From the IMG/VR virus record IMGVR_UViG_3300024520_000047, positions 1 through 64,000 of that record: DNA of 64,000 bases; one strand, 5' to 3'. The notes below the pieces were generated by a model. The model did no database searches. It saw only the letters and a program-made list of their open reading frames with translations, and was not told the origin of the DNA. Both the position numbers and the translations under genes were made by a program. Below are positions 58,555 through 64,000 of this stretch, piece after piece; positions within the stretch are counted from its first letter, which is position 1; the number at the start of each line of letters is the position of its first letter.

Positions 58555-61452
58555 ATGGAAAAGATTTTAATTGAAAGTGGCATACGAGATATAAATAAAT
58601 TAGCTGAAAGGTACCCTAAAGCTGAGATTTATTTTCATCAAGATTTAGATGGTGTTGTCTCTGCAATTGCCATGAAAGAATATCTGGAAAAGTATGGTAT
58701 TGATGTTATTGATACTCATGTGATACAATATGGTGATAAAGAATTTTCAGTTCAAAAACCCAAAGCAACGGGAGACGTAATGCCTGTATTAGTAGATTTT
58801 GCACACGGTAAACCCATTTTTACTATCCATACTGACCATCACGACACTCAAATAGGTGTGGAAGACGATACCTCTACCCAATTTAGAGGTGCGCGTTCTA
58901 ACGTGGAAACTATTTCTCAAATAGTTAGTCCTCAAGATATTTTTCCCACAGATGACATCACGATGATTTCTACGGTGGATAGTGCAGATTACGCAAAACA
59001 TGGTCTCACTCCTGATGACGTAATGAATTACATTTATAAATTTGAGAAGGACGGTTCTTTACCAGACAATAAGTGGTTGTTGGGGTTATTAACCAATAAA
59101 CTTCTTTTAGCATATAAAAATAAACCTGACTTTCTGGAAGAACTGGTTAGGTCTTCATCACCATCCCTACTTAATATCTTTCAAAATATTAACCGTATTG
59201 GGGGAGAGAGAGATTTTGCCACACCAGAACAAATGAATATCAATCAACAACGTTATGTAAAATCCCAAGAAGAAAGTGAAAATTTATATTTAGATGGGGA
59301 AATTATAGTACAGTATGGTGGTGGTAAATTATTTAAACCCGGTTCATATGACCGTTATACACCATTCAAAATATATCCAGAAGCAGATTTTTTAATAATA
59401 GCATGGCCGTTGGGGTTAGTTCAAGCGTCTTGTAATCCTTTTAAAGAAGAACGTGCACTAAAAGGGATAAATCTTGGGGATATCGCACAAGAAGTATTAT
59501 TAGAATTTAAAGAGGAATTAGAAAACTATATTGTTCCCTTTTCGGTATTAAAAAGAATTAGTGAAGCTAAGGTAAATGAAGAAAGTATTGGATTTAAATA
59601 TACAGATTTAGAAGCTTTATATGGTGATAAAATTATTAATATGCCACCACCTGAAAGTGGGTTTGGTAAAATGGTTAGAAGTATTTTAAATATTCAATGG
59701 CCTAAATTAAGTGAGAAACAAAAAGCAATATTAGACAAATTAGGTGTTAGTGCGTGGGATGTGATTATCTCAAATTCTGGAGGACATAAATGTATTACTA
59801 ATATTTCAGGTTTAAATTTCTATAAAAGAGGAAAACGTGACCCCCAAAGAAGAACATATGGTGGAAATAATGGAGATACACCATATGTAGATTTAATAAA
59901 AAGAATTCAAGCGGCTTTTGTTAAAAAATTAAAAGAAAAAATTAATAGTGGGTCATCATTACAAGAAACCTATCTCGTAGAAGCGATGGTGGATGATTTA
60001 ATCCAAAAATACCCCACTGAAGAAAATATTATTCAAACCTTAAATGATGAATCTCAAAATATTGCAGGGTCTAACAAATATCTACCGTGGATGGTCAAAC
60101 AATGGATGGATGCTCACGCTGATGAGCGTGCAGAAGATGTCTTGGAAGAGATTATTAACGCCACCAGTTCTTTTCATCAAGCCCTACCTAGAATAAATAG
60201 AGAAAGTGTAACAGAACTAATTGGGGTTAATGACTTCCCTAGTGTGAGTACCTACACCCGAATTGTTAATTCACCTAAAGATATCCATTCCTACCCTAAC
60301 GCGGAGATACTGCGAGATATATCCATGCAAATATTAAGTGAACTCTCACGGGGAGATAAAGAAAAGTTTGCAAAGAGTGGAGCCGAAAAATTATACGAAG
60401 ACGATAGATGGTTTTTAGTTAAACCTAAAACTCAAGAAGCCTCCTGTTATTATGGTGCAGGCACTCAGTGGTGTACTTCTGCAACCAAAAGTAATGCGTT
60501 TGGTCACTATAATAAAAATGGTAATTTATATTATCTAATTGATAAAAGTAGGCAGTTAGGTCCATATTATAAACTTGCTATCTATAGAAGTTATAATGGT
60601 AATACTGATAGTATCCATACTGAACGAGATAGGGCTCTCTCTCTAGAACAAACAGACCTCCTACGTAATATTCTTCCTCCACAAATATTTGCTTTAATTA
60701 AGGAGGATATGACTGTTCCAGCTCCACCACCCCAATATTATGAACTACCGGAATTTACAAAAAAATTAACTGACTATGTAGCAACTCTCACTCGTCCTCG
60801 TCAATTTGGTTCGGATAGTGGTACGTGGACTTTAAGAATAGAAGATGAGTATGGTTGGGTTCTGGAGAGTAAAGAATCAGGCATCATTCTACAAGCTAAC
60901 CCATTCTTTGAGGGTCAGTATTATATTCCTGTAGATAGTTGGGAGATTGAAGAAAAACTTAATAAGGCTTGGCATATGGAGGTTGGCTCTCCACCGCTTC
61001 CTCCTTATGGAGACTTTAGGGAAAGCTATATGGAAATGGAAGATGATGAAAATTTATTTAACCGTAAATTAGGGTGGGTACTCAATCTCTATCAACGGAT
61101 TATGCAACACCAAGTATTAAATGATGAGACTATAAAGAAAGTAGTGGGGATAGATTTTACCACATGGTCAGCTAATAGATGGCAAAATACAATGACATTT
61201 AAATATCCCCCTAAAGAGGGGTCTCTTACCCAACGATTTGTAGATTTTGTTAAAAAGAATCCGGGTAAAACTAGAAAAGAATTCTATGACTCTATCGGTA
61301 GGGAATACGCTCCTGGTCATAATAGTAGTTTCTTTGCTGCTATAAAAGATGCTGGAATTGTAGAGTTAACACGTAAGGGAAGACAATTTGTCTATACTAT
61401 TGGCCCTAACCATCAGGCATGGATTGACGGAAGATTAAAATTAATTAAATAA
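58555..61452 (+). CDS. DHH phosphoesterase + CYYGAGTQWC module + C-terminal winged-helix-like domain, LxE-delimited
   Basis: HQDLDG, VDF, TDHH; linker SLQETYLVEA; leader MEKILIE. Confidence 0.85.
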   Translation: MEKILIESGIRDINKLAERYPKAEIYFHQDLDGVVSAIAMKEYLEKYGIDVIDTHVIQYGDKEFSVQKPKATGDVMPVLVDFAHGKPIFTIHTDHHDTQIGVEDDTSTQFRGARSNVETISQIVSPQDIFPTDDITMISTVDSADYAKHGLTPDDVMNYIYKFEKDGSLPDNKWLLGLLTNKLLLAYKNKPDFLEELVRSSSPSLLNIFQNINRIGGERDFATPEQMNINQQRYVKSQEESENLYLDGEIIVQYGGGKLFKPGSYDRYTPFKIYPEADFLIIAWPLGLVQASCNPFKEERALKGINLGDIAQEVLLEFKEELENYIVPFSVLKRISEAKVNEESIGFKYTDLEALYGDKIINMPPPESGFGKMVRSILNIQWPKLSEKQKAILDKLGVSAWDVIISNSGGHKCITNISGLNFYKRGKRDPQRRTYGGNNGDTPYVDLIKRIQAAFVKKLKEKINSGSSLQETYLVEAMVDDLIQKYPTEENIIQTLNDESQNIAGSNKYLPWMVKQWMDAHADERAEDVLEEIINATSSFHQALPRINRESVTELIGVNDFPSVSTYTRIVNSPKDIHSYPNAEILRDISMQILSELSRGDKEKFAKSGAEKLYEDDRWFLVKPKTQEASCYYGAGTQWCTSATKSNAFGHYNKNGNLYYLIDKSRQLGPYYKLAIYRSYNGNTDSIHTERDRALSLEQTDLLRNILPPQIFALIKEDMTVPAPPPQYYELPEFTKKLTDYVATLTRPRQFGSDSGTWTLRIEDEYGWVLESKESGIILQANPFFEGQYYIPVDSWEIEEKLNKAWHMEVGSPPLPPYGDFRESYMEMEDDENLFNRKLGWVLNLYQRIMQHQVLNDETIKKVVGIDFTTWSANRWQNTMTFKYPPKEGSLTQRFVDFVKKNPGKTRKEFYDSIGREYAPGHNSSFFAAIKDAGIVELTRKGRQFVYTIGPNHQAWIDGRLKLIK

Positions 61453-63953
61453 TGGCACACGGTTGTCCCCCAGGAAGTTATTGTTATCAAGCTAAACAGC
61501 TTAGCAAAAAATACGCTAAACAAGGACTACTGGATGGTCAACAATACTTAGATTGTATTGACCCCGTTTACCTCCCTTCTAGTATTGTTTGTAGTGCGAT
61601 AACCCAATGTTTAAGTGGTAGTGGCAGTATCAATACTTTTGTAACAGGAACAACTTTCACCAGTAATCAATTTACTACAACAAGAAATGATGGTGTAGAC
61701 GTATTAAAATTTAGTGGGGGGACTAATGTAACACTATCCAACCCATCTTCAAATCAAATTAAAATAGATGCAGAACAATCAATTGATACTGGAAATGTTC
61801 TTTGGGTTGATAACATATTTGGAAATGACAGTACCGCTTTAGTAGATAGGCAAGACAAACCTTGGGCTAGTATCGCAACGGCTATTGGTAATGCGGTTAC
61901 AAATGATACCATTATGGTTAGACCTGGTGAGTATGTAGAACCTGATTTTACCTTAGTACCAAGTACTTCATTAATAAGTCAAGGTGGGGCTAAAGTAACA
62001 TTTATTAGTGCATCCACACCAACAGGAAATTTTATAACAGTATCAGGTTCTTCTTATATGGAAGGATTTACAGTTTATACACCAACAGATGATTCAGCGG
62101 CATTATATTTTAATGACTCAACTGCGGGAATTGTAACATCATTTCACAATGTACACTTTAAAGGTTCTAGCGTTTCTGGTGGTACTGGTGTTACATTAGG
62201 GAAAGGACTTGTGATGGACAGTGGATTAGGTAGTGGACCACCTCCAGCTAAAATTATTTATACTGAATTAAGATATGGTGGTGGTAATTTAGATAGGTTA
62301 GTTGAGGTTAATAAGGGGATTTTTGCATTAGATGGAATGCACGTACCAGGTGGTGGTACAATTAATAAGGGAATTCAAGTAAATGGTGGTAGAGCACAAA
62401 TGATTAATGTAAATATTGGTAACCCTGGTTGTGGTATAGCATTAAGTGTTAGTGGTACATCTTCAAACAAACCAACAGTTGCTGGATTTGGTTTTAATAT
62501 ATTTAATGTCCCAACAGGGATAGAAATAACATCAGATGATTATGATGTTGAGGTTCAACAAGGTAGATTAGATGCTGGAACTACAAACATATTAGTGTCA
62601 AGTGGTGTAACGGGGTCAAATGGTAAATTAAATCTAACTGCGTTTTCAATGGATTCAACAAAGTTGTCTATTCCATATGGTTGGGTTAATTCACCACATA
62701 CATTTCAATTTTCAGATATTGGTGAGTCACAAAATTTATCACCAATATTACGAAGTTGGTCAAACTTTGAAGTTGGACACGCAAATAAGGGGTTTGAAAC
62801 TAATCTTGGTCGTGGTTCTGAATATCAGAATGGGGTGCATGTTATAACAAGTGGTGCTAGTGGTCCCGTGGTTGTTACCACAACAGCAAAAACAGAAGGT
62901 GATTTATTTTCATTCCAATCATTAACTGCTGGAGAACAAATATATTTGGGTAGTTCTCAAAGGTATCCTAGTGGTGATTATCTTAATTTTAATGGTTTTG
63001 AGGTTGAGTATACGGGGTCAACTGGTGGAACATATACAATAGAGTATTATTCTGGTGGTACATGGGTAGATATAAAATATCAAGTTGTACACCATAATTT
63101 AGGGTATAATTATGCAAACACATTATTTTCAAGAAATGTTGGTACTTTGGAGGATATTAGATTTGGTGTAGAGGAAAATAATGGTTGGTCGACCACTACA
63201 ATTGATGGTCAAGAGGGTAAATGGATTAGAATAACAATGGTTACACCACCCGCATCTTTACCACAAATTGATTTAGTGTGGTTGGAACCATCACATACAG
63301 AAGTTAATGATAATGGTATATTAAATTTTTATGGTAACGCACTTTATAAAGATAGTTTAATTTCTGCAGGTAATATATTTGGGGAGTCTGGTGGGGTAGT
63401 AACGGGACTATTCGATGTTGGTACTCCTATACCTAGTACAACTGGGTGGGAACATACAGCAAAAAACTCTGAATTAAATCAAAGTGGAGATGCAATATAC
63501 ATGCAAGCAATATTACCCAGAGGGCTCTGTACAGCATATCCACTAACCATAAAACCTTATTATATTTTAGAAGGGAGTGCTCCCATCAATACTACACCAA
63601 CACTAATAACCTCTTTTATAACACGTGAAGTGTCCAGTGTAAAAATTACTGACCCAACGGGAGGAATTATTAATACACCCCGAACAGTAGCGAATACCCA
63701 TACATTAACATCTAATGCCGCCGTCGCAATAACTTCTGACTTAGTTAGTGGTGTACCAACTAGTGATTATTCAGATAAAGCTCACACCCTCAATAATATA
63801 TCATTTGATATTGATGAATACTACGAAGGGGATGCAATATTCATTAGATTAGAATTAGATGATGATGGTCAACCAAATCAAAATGTTATTATTTATGCAG
63901 TAGAAGTAGAAGTAGTAAAATGGGCATTAGGTGAAAGAATTAGAGTTGAATAA
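61452..63953 (+). CDS. probable virion structural/tail protein with beta-helix-like region
   Basis: G/T/S/N-rich; GNDSTA...KPWASIATAI...DTIMVRPGEY typical of beta-helix N-cap. Confidence 0.7.
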   Translation: MAHGCPPGSYCYQAKQLSKKYAKQGLLDGQQYLDCIDPVYLPSSIVCSAITQCLSGSGSINTFVTGTTFTSNQFTTTRNDGVDVLKFSGGTNVTLSNPSSNQIKIDAEQSIDTGNVLWVDNIFGNDSTALVDRQDKPWASIATAIGNAVTNDTIMVRPGEYVEPDFTLVPSTSLISQGGAKVTFISASTPTGNFITVSGSSYMEGFTVYTPTDDSAALYFNDSTAGIVTSFHNVHFKGSSVSGGTGVTLGKGLVMDSGLGSGPPPAKIIYTELRYGGGNLDRLVEVNKGIFALDGMHVPGGGTINKGIQVNGGRAQMINVNIGNPGCGIALSVSGTSSNKPTVAGFGFNIFNVPTGIEITSDDYDVEVQQGRLDAGTTNILVSSGVTGSNGKLNLTAFSMDSTKLSIPYGWVNSPHTFQFSDIGESQNLSPILRSWSNFEVGHANKGFETNLGRGSEYQNGVHVITSGASGPVVVTTTAKTEGDLFSFQSLTAGEQIYLGSSQRYPSGDYLNFNGFEVEYTGSTGGTYTIEYYSGGTWVDIKYQVVHHNLGYNYANTLFSRNVGTLEDIRFGVEENNGWSTTTIDGQEGKWIRITMVTPPASLPQIDLVWLEPSHTEVNDNGILNFYGNALYKDSLISAGNIFGESGGVVTGLFDVGTPIPSTTGWEHTAKNSELNQSGDAIYMQAILPRGLCTAYPLTIKPYYILEGSAPINTTPTLITSFITREVSSVKITDPTGGIINTPRTVANTHTLTSNAAVAITSDLVSGVPTSDYSDKAHTLNNISFDIDEYYEGDAIFIRLELDDDGQPNQNVIIYAVEVEVVKWALGERIRVE

Positions 63954-63964
63954 CATTATAAAAA

Positions 63965-64000
63965 ATGGCAGTAGCAAACTTATTATTATACGAAACAGGA
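63965..64000 (+). CDS. start of next gene (partial)
   Basis: ATG at 63965, MAVANLLLYETG open to window edge. Confidence 0.45.
   Translation, partial: MAVANLLLYETG

Noticed and set aside
1-64000. Alternative genetic code (stop-codon reassignment) as in some jumbo phages
   Set aside because: Very long ORFs are intact under the standard code, and TAA, TAG and TGA all end genes at sensible boundaries

Overview
This 64-kb window looks like part of a large (jumbo-class) tailed-phage genome infecting Bacteroidota, most likely Flavobacteriia. Support: eight TTTG-N19/20-TAnnTTTG host-sigma promoters, a T9SS type-B C-terminal-domain protein, DUF2452/DUF456/DUF2061-type genes, SD-less A-rich start regions and a phage bS21. 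No capsid, portal, terminase or prohead-protease gene is recognisable here. The window holds small-ORF accessory arrays, auxiliary genes (thyA, GS type II, two ClpP, cyclophilin, three glutaredoxins, NUDIX, HAD, Mom-like acetyltransferase, DUF2828 TROVE/vWA-like), five peptidoglycan hydrolases, an unusual tRNA-Gly(ACC) and several acidic probable virion proteins. Two organisational systems stand out. (1) Two giant acidic ORFs (3039 and 2457 aa) are strings of ~16 modules each, separated by [L/I]-x-E-[Q/E/H/S] linkers that match the T4 gp21 prohead-protease consensus (I/L-x-E). The same motif ends short N-terminal leaders on ~10 other genes, many with TATTTAT just upstream. I infer a capsid-packaged, protease-processed effector polyprotein system; one kinase module sits between perfect 30-bp direct repeats that encode the linker. 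(2) A 23-nt gene-junction element, TAAACCAAAACAAAGATGAGTAA (13 copies plus 1 degenerate), carries stop codons in all three frames plus a start codon and links small ORFs like a universal cassette connector. All assignments come from motif reading by eye; no database search was run.
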